The translations under genes and the position numbers were made by a program. A DNA stretch of 64,000 nucleotides from Bacteroidaceae bacterium (GTDB lineage: Bacteria; Bacteroidota; Bacteroidia; Bacteroidales; Bacteroidaceae), in NCBI GenBank assembly GCA_017534705.1, contig JAFXVU010000144.1:646-64645 (forward strand), in the 5' to 3' direction. How positions within the stretch are numbered: the stretch's first letter is position 1; the number at the start of each line of letters is the position of its first letter. Positions 39,677 through 48,633 of the stretch are shown in pieces. The notes beneath the pieces were generated by a model. That model saw only the letters and a list, made by a program, of their open reading frames with translations, searched no databases and was not told the DNA's origin.

Positions 39677-40984
39677 CTACAGATCACCGGTCAAGGAAAA
39701 CAATCTTGTGCTATTGGAGCCTTTGATGAGGATGGTGTAGCCCTCGGGATGCTCCTCCGCAATACATGCTTTCACTTCTTCCACATTATCGAACAAACGG
39801 AAGTGATCAGGATGCTGTGTAGGAGCAAACTCCTCACCCACAAGCCATACCTTATCGAACCCACTTTCCCCGATGAAATCGACACATTTTTGATGTTCTT
39901 CATTGCTGACTTCGCCCAATTCACGCATGGCACCGAGGATGACGAACTTCTTCTCTGCATGCATCATGCGGAAATTCTCCAAGGCGGCACGCATACTTGT
40001 GGGATTGGCGTTATAGGCATCAATGACCAACTGATTGTGCGCAGTCTGCATGAATTGAGAACGGTTGTTAGATGGCTGGTAAGCAGCTATGGCATCGCAG
40101 ATGTCATCAGCGGGCACATCAAAATAACGGCCAATTGTAATGGCAGCTAAGCAGTTGTCGAGGTTGTATCCTCCAATCAGACGAGTATGTACTTCATGCC
40201 ACTCACCATCTTTTTCCTTCCACTCGAAGTGAAGGAATGGGTCACAATCTATCGAACGGCCTTCTATCAGCAGTTCTTCCGAAGGACGCTGACCATAACG
40301 CACCAATTGCAAGTCGTGGGATATTCCCATCAAATGTTCATTGTCGTTGTTAATGAACACTTTGGCACCCTCACGACTACGAAGGAAATCATAAAGTTCG
40401 CCTTTGGTTCGAATCACACCTTCAAAACTACCGAAACCCAGCAAATGCGCTTTACCGACATTGGTGATAATACCGTAGTTGGGTTCCACAATATTCACCA
40501 ATGTCTTAATCTCGCCAGGATGGTTGGCACCCATTTCCACCACTGCGATGTCGTGACCATCATGTAGTCGAAGCAATGTCTTTGGTACTCCGATATGGTT
40601 GTTGAAGTTTCCTTGCGTGTATAGCACTTCATATTTCTTCTGCAATACTGTTGATATCAGTTCCTTGGTCGTCGTTTTACCATTGGTGCCCGTCACTCCG
40701 ATAACTCTGGTGCCTAACTGACAACGATGATAATTAGCCAACTTCTGCAAGGTCTGCAGCACATCATCAACAAGAATGTAGCGGTCATCACCCTCAACAA
40801 CATAGTTGGCCTCATCCACCACAGCATAACTGCACCCTGACTCCAAAGCCTTGGCTGCGTATGCATTTCCGTCGAAAGTTTCACCTTTCAAAGCAAAAAA
40901 AAGAGAACCCTCAGGGCAGTCACGACTGTCGGTAGTTACCACAGGATGAGCCAAAAATAATTCATGCAATCGTAGTATATCCAT
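39677..40984 (-). CDS. murF: UDP-N-acetylmuramoyl-tripeptide--D-alanyl-D-alanine ligase
   Basis: 435-aa ORF with GVTGTNGKTTTKE P-loop and Mur-ligase middle/C-terminal domains. Confidence 0.9.
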   Translation of the reverse strand: MDILRLHELFLAHPVVTTDSRDCPEGSLFFALKGETFDGNAYAAKALESGCSYAVVDEANYVVEGDDRYILVDDVLQTLQKLANYHRCQLGTRVIGVTGTNGKTTTKELISTVLQKKYEVLYTQGNFNNHIGVPKTLLRLHDGHDIAVVEMGANHPGEIKTLVNIVEPNYGIITNVGKAHLLGFGSFEGVIRTKGELYDFLRSREGAKVFINNDNEHLMGISHDLQLVRYGQRPSEELLIEGRSIDCDPFLHFEWKEKDGEWHEVHTRLIGGYNLDNCLAAITIGRYFDVPADDICDAIAAYQPSNNRSQFMQTAHNQLVIDAYNANPTSMRAALENFRMMHAEKKFVILGAMRELGEVSNEEHQKCVDFIGESGFDKVWLVGEEFAPTQHPDHFRLFDNVEEVKACIAEEHPEGYTILIKGSNSTRLFSLTGDL

Positions 40985-41003
40985 TTGCTTTACCTTGTTT
41001 TTT

Positions 41004-41041
41004 AATTGATTCCATCAACAATTACAATTGATTTCATCAAC
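41004..41041. promoter_or_regulatory. Duplicated palindromic site, 2 x AATTGATTYCATCAAC (TTGAT-N3-ATCAA), 22-bp period
   Basis: Copies at 41004..41019 and 41026..41041 are 15/16 identical, and each contains a perfect 5-3-5 inverted repeat. They lie between murF ATG (40984) and the murF -7 box (41096). Confidence 0.4.
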
Positions 41042-41095
41042 GCGTTTTACACATTCCCATAACACCGAAACGGCGTTTTTTAAAGAAAGTTTGGG

Positions 41096-41103
41096 CAAAG
41101 TTA
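41096..41103 (-). promoter_or_regulatory. -7 box for murF
   Basis: Reverse complement TAACTTTG, 112 nt upstream of ATG 40984. Confidence 0.5.
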
Positions 41104-41147
41104 GCACAAAAAAGCAAAAACATCTTCATCAAGTCAATAATTATCGT

Positions 41148-41155
41148 TAGTTTTG
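41148..41155 (+). promoter_or_regulatory. -7 box for folP-cdaA
   Basis: TAGTTTTG, 53 nt upstream of ATG 41208. Confidence 0.5.
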
Positions 41156-41207
41156 CATTATTATGCGAAGCAAACTTCAATACAGCATCAATTGTAACGG
41201 GCAACTG

Positions 41208-42026
41208 ATGGATTTATCCACCCCCCGTATCATGGGAATCCTCAACGTCACACCTGACTCTTTCTATGTCGAAAGCAGGAAACAGACTGAGGATGACATC
41301 ATGGTTCGTGCCAAAGAGATGATAGAAGAGGGTGCAGACATCATTGATGTCGGTGCATGCTCCACCCGTCCTGGTGCTGAATGTCCCGATGAAATCGAAG
41401 AAATGCGTCGTTTACATACTGCTCTACATCCCCTTCGCAGGGCTTTTCCTGACGCAGTCATCTCTGTTGACACGTTCCGAGCCTCGGTGGCGAGGATGTG
41501 TGTGGAGGAATACAATGCCGACATCATCAACGATATCTCAGGTGGACAGTTCGACGACAAGATGTTCGACACAGTAGCCCAGTTAGGGGTGCCATATATC
41601 CTCACCCACACAAAGGGAACACCCAACCACATGCAGGACCATCCACACTACGATGACTTGATGCACGAAATGCTGACCTACTTTGCCGAAAGGGTACAGA
41701 TGCTCAGAGACAGGGGGCAGAAGGACATTGTCATCGACCCTGGATTTGGCTTTGGCAAGTCTTTGGAACACAATTACATGTTGCTGAATCAATTGGCTCA
41801 GCTTCAACTGATGGAACTGCCTATACTGGTAGGAGTATCCCGCAAGAGAATGATATACAATCTCCTGGACACAACTCCTGAACATTCGCTTAACGGAACA
41901 ACCGTAGTGAACACCATCGCACTCACCAAGGGAGCGAACATACTGAGGGTACACGATGTGAAAGCAGCCAAAGAATGTGTAACCATCTTCCACAAGATGC
42001 AACACCCTGCCATAAAAGACTCTTAA
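41208..42026 (+). CDS. folP: Dihydropteroate synthase
   Basis: IMGILNVTPDSF and DVGACSTRPG motifs. The track start 41163 lies only 8 nt after the -7 box (41148..41155), so ATG 41208 (MDLSTPRIMGILNV) is preferred. Confidence 0.9.
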   Translation: MDLSTPRIMGILNVTPDSFYVESRKQTEDDIMVRAKEMIEEGADIIDVGACSTRPGAECPDEIEEMRRLHTALHPLRRAFPDAVISVDTFRASVARMCVEEYNADIINDISGGQFDDKMFDTVAQLGVPYILTHTKGTPNHMQDHPHYDDLMHEMLTYFAERVQMLRDRGQKDIVIDPGFGFGKSLEHNYMLLNQLAQLQLMELPILVGVSRKRMIYNLLDTTPEHSLNGTTVVNTIALTKGANILRVHDVKAAKECVTIFHKMQHPAIKDS

Positions 42027-42129
42027 CACTGACTTGAGAATCAGTCCTTTAAGAGAAGCTTGTTTGGGGAATATTTCTCACTGCCACCACTTGAACAAAA
42101 CCACTTAACAACCAATACAACAAAACTAT

Positions 42130-42939
42130 ATGCCTTTCGATTTCGGAATCAAGGATGCCATCGACATCCTGCTCGTAGCCTGGTTGCTCTACTATATCTA
42201 CCGACTGATGAAGGATTCAGGGTCACTCAACATTTTCTATGGAATCCTCATTTTCTTCGGTTTGTGGATAGTGGTATCCCAAATGTTCCAGATGCGCCTT
42301 CTGGGTAGCATTTTCGACAAACTCATCAGTGTGGGTGCCTTGGCTTTGATCATCCTCTTTCAAGACGACATCCGCCGGTTTTTCATCACCATCGGCACAC
42401 ACCGAAAATTCAATTTCCTCACCAGGATGTTCCGTCTAAAAGAGAAAGAGGACATATCCGACCCTGTGGTGATGCCTATCGTCAGGGCATGCATGGACAT
42501 GAGCCGCAATAAGACAGGCGCACTCATTGTGGTGGAACGCAACATGGCTCTTAGCGACATCATCAGCACCGGCGAGACAATAGACGCTAAAGTCAACCAA
42601 AGCCTCATTGAGAACATCTTCTTCAAGAACAGTCCTTTACACGATGGCGCCATGATCATCAGCAAGAAAAGAATAGTAGCGGCGGGATGTGTGCTGCCCG
42701 TGTCGCACAACATATCCATCCCCAAAGACCTTGGCCTTCGCCACCGTGCCGCACTCGGTATTACGGAACAAAGCGATGCGCTGGCTGTGATTGTATCCGA
42801 AGAGACAGGAGGAATCAGTGTGGCACAAAGGGGTGTCTACGACCTCCGCCTTCAAGCCGACAAACTGGAAGAGTACCTCACCGCCGCCATGAACGAGAAA
42901 CCACATAACGTCAAACAAGACAAGTCGAAAAGCGAATAA
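42130..42939 (+). CDS. cdaA: Diadenylate cyclase CdaA (membrane-anchored DAC domain)
   Basis: 269-aa ORF with three N-terminal TM helices. DAC motifs TGALIVVER, HDGAMII, GLRHRAALGITEQSDALAVIVSEETG. Confidence 0.85.
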   Translation: MPFDFGIKDAIDILLVAWLLYYIYRLMKDSGSLNIFYGILIFFGLWIVVSQMFQMRLLGSIFDKLISVGALALIILFQDDIRRFFITIGTHRKFNFLTRMFRLKEKEDISDPVVMPIVRACMDMSRNKTGALIVVERNMALSDIISTGETIDAKVNQSLIENIFFKNSPLHDGAMIISKKRIVAAGCVLPVSHNISIPKDLGLRHRAALGITEQSDALAVIVSEETGGISVAQRGVYDLRLQADKLEEYLTAAMNEKPHNVKQDKSKSE

Positions 42940-42998
42940 TCACTCCAATTGTTCTTTGGAATCCCCATTTCGGCTTTCTGACAGTCATCACCACAATC

Positions 42999-44837
42999 AT
43001 GGGCACAATCATGGGAAAAGAGAACAACACGTCTGCAGGTAAGATGAACATTCTTGACCTGCTAAGAAACATCCTACCATTTGTCTTACCGTATAAATGG
43101 CTTATAGGAGTCACTTTGGGTCTGACACTGATAGGGTCGGTCATGGCGCAAGTCAACGCCGTAGTACTCGACAAGGCCGTGGATGCCATCAATGAACTCA
43201 TCCAGCAACCGTCGTTTTCCTGGAGCAGCGCCACTACCATACTGGTCACCATCAGCGTCATCCTGTTAGGCAAGGAACTGATAGGTGCTTTGGTCACTTT
43301 CTTCCAACGGTATTATGGTGAGCGCATGCGCATACTCGTCAGTCGCGACCTTTCAGTAAGTGTGGTCAAACGAATGCTCTCCTTCAGAATGGCATTTTTC
43401 TCAGCAGAGGGAAATGAGACTGGAAAATTGCAGTCGCGCATAGACAGGGGAATCATGAGCCTGAGCAACACAGTCAACAATTTCTTCATAGAGATTCTGC
43501 CTTTGTTCACCAGTGCTATCCTAGCGTTGGTGCTGATGTTCATGGCCAATGTCTATGTGGGATTGGTAGCCATGTGTATCGTGCCTGTTTACTTCTACGT
43601 CACTTACATACAGGCCAAAAGAATGAAAGGAGGCCGAAGGGGTATTTTCGGAGGGCATCAAGCTGTCAGCCAAAGTATTCTGAACATCATAGAGAGCATC
43701 ACTGTTATCAAATCCTTCAATCGCGAGCAAATCGAGGCTGACCGCCAAGCCGAGATTCAGCGCACTATGACTGACTTGCAGTTGAGCACGCGTAAGCAAA
43801 GCTATTTCTTCAACGGTCTGAAGAGTTTTCTGGAACAGATAGGCACTGTGCTCATCATTATCCTCACCGCATATCTCGTGCTCATCGAGTATCCTGGCAT
43901 GACTATCGGTAAAATCATGTACCATGTCATGTTGTTTGCCAATGTGAGTGCCCCCATACGTCAACTGCACCGAATCTATGACGACATGAACGATGCCTTG
44001 ATTTACGCCGAAGGGTTCTTTGGCATCCTTCATGCCGACGATGAAGTGGAAGACACTGGTCATTATCATCCCCAGCAAGTGAAGGGCGACTTCGAACTCT
44101 CAGGTGTTGACTTCACTTATAGCAATGGTACTCAGGCGCTCTTCAATGTGTCAATGCATATCGAGAGAGGAAAAATCACAGCTCTCGTGGGACTCAGTGG
44201 AGCTGGTAAGAGCACCATCGTCAATCTTCTTGACAAGTTCTACCATCCCGATTGCGGCAGTATCAAACTTGACGGAGTGGAATTGAGTGAATGGGACACC
44301 CAATGGTTACGTGAAAACGTGGGTTTGGTTTTGCAGAAAAACCATATTTTCGACGGTAGCATAGAGGAGAACATCAAATATGGTAATCCTTCAGCCACCC
44401 ATGAGGATGTGGTGAAGGCTGCCCGCCAAGCCTATATCTACGACCAGATTATGCAGTTGCCTAACGGTTTCCAGACACAAGCCCTTCAACTCAGTGGAGG
44501 ACAGCAGCAGCGCATTGCCATCGCAAGGATGTTTATCAAGAATCCTCCCATCATTTTCCTTGACGAACCCACCGCAAGCCTCGATGCTATCGCTACTGAG
44601 CAAATCAAGGCCAGCATCGACGCCATCAAAGAAGGGCGTACGGTCATCATCATCTCTCACAATATCGGACAAATCATCGATGCAGACAGAATATATGTCC
44701 TCAAAGAAGGCCGTATGGTGCAGCATGGCTCCCCCTCGGAAGTATATCAACAAGGTGGGGTCTATAAAGACATCTTTGATGCCAGCGCACGAAGCATGAA
44801 TGTGGACAAAATAGCTAATACCATCACCAATAAATGA
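42999..44837 (+). CDS. ABC exporter, fused permease/ATPase (MsbA-like type I exporter)
   Basis: 612-aa ORF with six TM helices, Walker A GLSGAGKST, signature LSGGQQQR, Walker B IIFLDEPT. The start may instead be ATG 43044 (MNILDLLRNI). Confidence 0.85.
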   Translation: MGTIMGKENNTSAGKMNILDLLRNILPFVLPYKWLIGVTLGLTLIGSVMAQVNAVVLDKAVDAINELIQQPSFSWSSATTILVTISVILLGKELIGALVTFFQRYYGERMRILVSRDLSVSVVKRMLSFRMAFFSAEGNETGKLQSRIDRGIMSLSNTVNNFFIEILPLFTSAILALVLMFMANVYVGLVAMCIVPVYFYVTYIQAKRMKGGRRGIFGGHQAVSQSILNIIESITVIKSFNREQIEADRQAEIQRTMTDLQLSTRKQSYFFNGLKSFLEQIGTVLIIILTAYLVLIEYPGMTIGKIMYHVMLFANVSAPIRQLHRIYDDMNDALIYAEGFFGILHADDEVEDTGHYHPQQVKGDFELSGVDFTYSNGTQALFNVSMHIERGKITALVGLSGAGKSTIVNLLDKFYHPDCGSIKLDGVELSEWDTQWLRENVGLVLQKNHIFDGSIEENIKYGNPSATHEDVVKAARQAYIYDQIMQLPNGFQTQALQLSGGQQQRIAIARMFIKNPPIIFLDEPTASLDAIATEQIKASIDAIKEGRTVIIISHNIGQIIDADRIYVLKEGRMVQHGSPSEVYQQGGVYKDIFDASARSMNVDKIANTITNK

Positions 44838-44857
44838 ACAATCATCACCAGAAAAAT

Positions 44858-44888
44858 AAAAGAGGCTCCATTTGATGGAACCTCTTTT
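44858..44888. terminator. Bidirectional terminator between the ABC exporter and ferredoxin (convergent)
   Basis: AAAGAGGCTCCA-tttga-TGGAACCTCTTT forms a 12-bp stem with 1 mismatch, flanked by AAAA and TTTT. Confidence 0.7.
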
Positions 44889-44912
44889 GGCCTTTTGGTT
44901 TTCGATTGTCAA

Positions 44913-45086
44913 TTACTCACCTGGGATGATAGCACCTGATGGGCAAGCGTCTGCACATGTACCGCAGTCCACGCAAACATCGGGATTGATTACATACTTG
45001 CCGTCTCCCTCTGAGATAGCCTCGGATGGGCATTCACCTACACAAGTGCCGCACATCACACAATCGTCGGTAATTATATAAGCCAT
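44913..45086 (-). CDS. 2x[4Fe-4S] clostridial-type ferredoxin (57 aa)
   Basis: Missing from the ORF track (<60 aa). My translation is MAYIITDDCVMCGTCVGECPSEAISEGDGKYVINPDVCVDCGTCADACPSGAIIPGE*. It has two CxxCxxCxxxCP motifs, a -7 box 67 nt upstream and a terminator hairpin downstream. Confidence 0.8.
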   Translation of the reverse strand: MAYIITDDCVMCGTCVGECPSEAISEGDGKYVINPDVCVDCGTCADACPSGAIIPGE

Positions 45087-45152
45087 AACTTTAACTTTTA
45101 GAATTATTGATTAAATTACTGTTCTAACTGATCATCTTGAATAATCATGGTG

Positions 45153-45160
45153 CAAATATA
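45153..45160 (-). promoter_or_regulatory. -7 box for the ferredoxin gene
   Basis: Reverse complement TATATTTG, 67 nt upstream of ATG 45086. Confidence 0.5.
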
Positions 45161-45300
45161 TCACAATTAGATTGACATTATCAAAGAAAAACATCTTTTT
45201 TTTCATCTTAATCCTCATTTTTTTACTCAAAAGAGGTGAAATTGGCACAAAAGACCCTTTTTGAGCAAAAACAAATCTACCCGATTATGAGTATTGGCTC

Positions 45301-45336
45301 TGACCCTAAAGACCCTAAAGACCTTAACGAACTAAA
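45301..45336. repeat. Degenerate 9-nt tandem repeat (4 units)
   Basis: GACCCTAAA GACCCTAAA GACCTTAAC GAACTAAAA, in the ferredoxin/PorT spacer. Confidence 0.6.
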
Positions 45337-45443
45337 ATCCTTGAAGCCCCCATAACACGAATCAATGGAAAAGGAGAAGGACATGCAATAAAAAGGAGTT
45401 TTATGCGTTTATTATTAGTACATGTATGCGAAATGCAAGAACA

Positions 45444-46157
45444 ATGAAACGTCCTTCACTATTCATATTATTCACCCTGCTGATCCTGCCGTCTTGTGTA
45501 CTCTTTGCCCAGAACAACAAGGTGGTGCAGAACCGTCCGTATATCGACCAGCGTCCTTTCCACTATGGCTTTCTTGCTGGTATCCACTTGCAGGACATGG
45601 AATTCGACAACAACGGGTTCAAAGACGCAGACGGCAATGAGTGGTACGCCGACATCCCCAGTTATGAACCAGGATTTAGCGTGGGAATTTTGGGTGAGGT
45701 GCTTGTCAACAAGTACCTGTCTGTACGTGCTGTGCCTTCCATGCATTTCGGCACCAAGCAACTGACCTTTCTCAACCACAAGGATGGAGCCAAGGAACAC
45801 CAGACCATTAAGTCAACCTATATCTCATTACCCATCGACTTGAAAATCTCTGGCCAGCGAATCAACAACTACCGTCCGTATGCCATGGTTGGCGTCGACC
45901 CGATGTTGGACCTGACCATCAAGAAAAACAAGAACATTCGCCTCAAGCCCTTCGACTGCTACCTCGAGGCTGGCATAGGATGTGATTTCTATCTACCTTT
46001 CTTCAAGTTTATACCTGAAATCAAGTTCTGTTACGGACTGTCGAATATCATTGAGAAGAATCGTGACGACCTTACCGAAGAGTCGCGCCTTATCTTCACC
46101 AATTCTGTGGAAAGTGCCAAGTCCAAAATGATTGTCATCACTTTCTATTTTGAATGA
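45444..46157 (+). CDS. PorT/SprT-like outer-membrane beta-barrel protein (T9SS-associated family)
   Basis: ATG 45444 gives signal peptide MKRPSLFILFTLLILPSCVLFAQ. NRPYIDQRPFHYGFLAGIHLQDMEF matches my recollection of PorT-family N-termini. Alternating hydrophobic beta-strand pattern with a terminal aromatic (…ITFYFE). Confidence 0.5.
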   Translation: MKRPSLFILFTLLILPSCVLFAQNNKVVQNRPYIDQRPFHYGFLAGIHLQDMEFDNNGFKDADGNEWYADIPSYEPGFSVGILGEVLVNKYLSVRAVPSMHFGTKQLTFLNHKDGAKEHQTIKSTYISLPIDLKISGQRINNYRPYAMVGVDPMLDLTIKKNKNIRLKPFDCYLEAGIGCDFYLPFFKFIPEIKFCYGLSNIIEKNRDDLTEESRLIFTNSVESAKSKMIVITFYFE

Positions 46158-46235
46158 TTGTATCGCTCTGCCACGTAGAATCAATCTTTTTGAGAAAAAC
46201 ATTATACCCTTTCAACATTTTTCGGATTTTTTTCG

Positions 46236-46243
46236 TATTTTTG
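46236..46243 (+). promoter_or_regulatory. -7 box for the GH105-DUF4837-CE12-GH106 operon
   Basis: TATTTTTG, 29 nt upstream of ATG 46272. No further boxes appear in the short spacers before 47596, 48634 and 49976. Confidence 0.55.
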
Positions 46244-46271
46244 CGTTATTATTTGACTAATCGTAACGCAC

Positions 46272-47528
46272 ATGAGAAAACTTACTACTGCACTAATGGT
46301 TTGCTTTGTTCTGATGAGCGCCCAAGCACAGAAATTGCCTTCACGCGTCTCCATCCTACAAGCCATGGAAACAGCCAATGACTACTTCATCGCCAAGTAT
46401 CCCGACCCGACTAAACCCACTTTCGTCAAGAAAGAGCGTCCGAGTAACCTATGGACTCGTGGCGTGTATTTCGAGGGGCTGATGGAACTCATCAAACTCA
46501 ATCCAAGTAATCAGCAGAACATCAACTACATGGACACTTGGGGGAACTTCCACAAATGGACTCCGCGCAATGGCGTGAAAACACGTGATGCCGATGATTA
46601 TTGCTGCTCACAGGCTTATCTCGACTATTACAATTGGAAAAAGCAACTCAGCACCAACATTTACAATTCGAGCGTGGGATTAAAATTGAATTTTTCAGTT
46701 GACCCAGACATGATCGAACCTACCAAAACGTGCATGGCTAATCTGATGGAACTGGCTGACACAAAACCAGACCCTAACAGCAAGGCAAAATTCAATGGTT
46801 CAAGCATTCACGATTGGACTTGGATTGATGCCATACAGATGGGACTTCCTGTACTCACTACCCTCGAAGCCATGGCAAACACCAAAGAGGAAGCAGAAGC
46901 CTATGGAAAGCAAGCCTATCGTATGTACATCTGGACTCGAGATACCTTGGCCGGCGGACTTTTTAACGAGGCTGAAGGCCTTTGGTGGCGAGACAAGGAT
47001 TTCGTTCCTCCCTACAAAGAACCCAATGGAGCCAACTGCTATTGGAGCCGCGGAAACGGTTGGGTATATGCTGCGCTTGTACGTGCCATGGAGGATGCCA
47101 TGGAATCCAAGAACAAAGGCAATCACAACGACCATTTTAACACATACAAGGCTGACTTCCTCAGCATGACCAAGGCACTGATGAAATGCCAGCGCAAAGA
47201 TTATTTCTGGAATTGCAGCCTGCACGACGACTCTAATTTCGGAGGCAAAGAACTGACAGGCACCTCTCTCTTCATCTACGGCATGGCTTGGGGAGTTCGC
47301 CACGATATGCTCGACAAGAAGACCTATCTTCCTATCATCGCAAAAACATGGAAGGCAATGGTGAAGAAGTGCTTACACAAGAATGGTTTCTTGGGATATG
47401 TGCAAGGGACGGGTAAGGAACCCAAAGACTCGCAACCCGTAGGCTACAAGGTGGAGCCCGATTTCGATGACTACGGCCTAGGCTGTTTTCTTCTTGCTGG
47501 TAGCGAAGTGTATAGGCTTGCGAAATAG
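46272..47528 (+). CDS. GH88/GH105-family unsaturated rhamnogalacturonyl hydrolase, secreted
   Basis: 418-aa ORF with a signal peptide. RGNGWVYAALVRAM, GTSLFIYGMAWG, GYVQGTGKEPKD. Paralog of 7677..8822. A -7 box lies 29 nt upstream. Confidence 0.7.
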   Translation: MRKLTTALMVCFVLMSAQAQKLPSRVSILQAMETANDYFIAKYPDPTKPTFVKKERPSNLWTRGVYFEGLMELIKLNPSNQQNINYMDTWGNFHKWTPRNGVKTRDADDYCCSQAYLDYYNWKKQLSTNIYNSSVGLKLNFSVDPDMIEPTKTCMANLMELADTKPDPNSKAKFNGSSIHDWTWIDAIQMGLPVLTTLEAMANTKEEAEAYGKQAYRMYIWTRDTLAGGLFNEAEGLWWRDKDFVPPYKEPNGANCYWSRGNGWVYAALVRAMEDAMESKNKGNHNDHFNTYKADFLSMTKALMKCQRKDYFWNCSLHDDSNFGGKELTGTSLFIYGMAWGVRHDMLDKKTYLPIIAKTWKAMVKKCLHKNGFLGYVQGTGKEPKDSQPVGYKVEPDFDDYGLGCFLLAGSEVYRLAK

Positions 47529-47595
47529 ACTCACCAGACTGACCGGAAAGGTTAGATTGATAAGACAGACAACACCATAACAAAAAACTAATAAT

Positions 47596-48585
47596 ATGAG
47601 AATCGCAAGATTATTGTTCATCTTAATCGGAATAGCCTTCTTTACCAGTTGCGACAAGAGCAATGACAAAGAGAAGAAGGTGAAAGGCAAGGCGACGAGT
47701 GCCCCTTATGAGCTGTTGGTCATTGCCAACAAGGAATGGCTCAAGGGACCATTCGGCACCGAATTTATGGATGTGATGCAAAGTGAAGTGCCCTGCCTTC
47801 CCCAAGTGGAGCCAAATTTCCGTACCACCACAATCAATCCCCACGATTTCACCAACACCTTCAAGGTCTATAGCAACATCGTGTCGGTAGAGATAGACAA
47901 GAAATACGCCGAACCTTCCATGTCGATGGTGCGCGACGCCTACGTCCATCCCCAAATCATACTCAACATCACTGCTCCCGACAACCAAAGCCTTGTGGAG
48001 TACACCCGTGAGCATCGCAACCAAATCATGGACCTGTTCGTGGAGCAAGAACTGAAACGTGAGGAGGGGTTCCTGCGCAACAGGAACAGCGGTAAAGTGG
48101 CCACAGCAGTGAAAAGCATGTTCGGCTATGATATCTGTGTGCCACAAGACATCAACGCCATTAAACGCGGCGATCGTTTCCTCTGGGCATCCTCCGACAC
48201 TGAAACGTCCAACAACTACAACTTCGTCATCTACACCTTACCCTACAACACCGCCAACGACCTGAGCACCGACCGGCTCATTGCTTGTCGTGACTCAGTG
48301 ATGAAGCGCTACATCGAAGGAGAAAAAGAGGGACAGTACGTCCAGACAGACCCTTTGACATTCCTTGGCCGCGACATCGCCGTCAACGGCTCCTATGTGA
48401 AGGAAATACGCGGTCTGTGGAGAATGAAGGGCGGTATGATGGGTGGTCCTTTTGTGGAATATGCGCAGATTGACACCACCAAGAACATCATTGTCGTTAC
48501 CGAAGGATTCATTTTCGCACCCGAAAAAAGGAAACGTGACCTTATCCGCAGCATGGAGGCTTCGCTCCGCACATTGAAAATGTAA
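47596..48585 (+). CDS. DUF4837-like lipoprotein
   Basis: 329-aa ORF with lipobox LFILIGIAFFTSC. APYELLVIANKEW...LPQVEPNF...HPQIILNITAP resembles the DUF4837 family as I recall it. Confidence 0.5.
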   Translation: MRIARLLFILIGIAFFTSCDKSNDKEKKVKGKATSAPYELLVIANKEWLKGPFGTEFMDVMQSEVPCLPQVEPNFRTTTINPHDFTNTFKVYSNIVSVEIDKKYAEPSMSMVRDAYVHPQIILNITAPDNQSLVEYTREHRNQIMDLFVEQELKREEGFLRNRNSGKVATAVKSMFGYDICVPQDINAIKRGDRFLWASSDTETSNNYNFVIYTLPYNTANDLSTDRLIACRDSVMKRYIEGEKEGQYVQTDPLTFLGRDIAVNGSYVKEIRGLWRMKGGMMGGPFVEYAQIDTTKNIIVVTEGFIFAPEKRKRDLIRSMEASLRTLKM

Positions 48586-48633
48586 TGTCGCAGGCAGTGC
48601 TTGCGTAACCCAAAATGAATAAATCACTTGATT

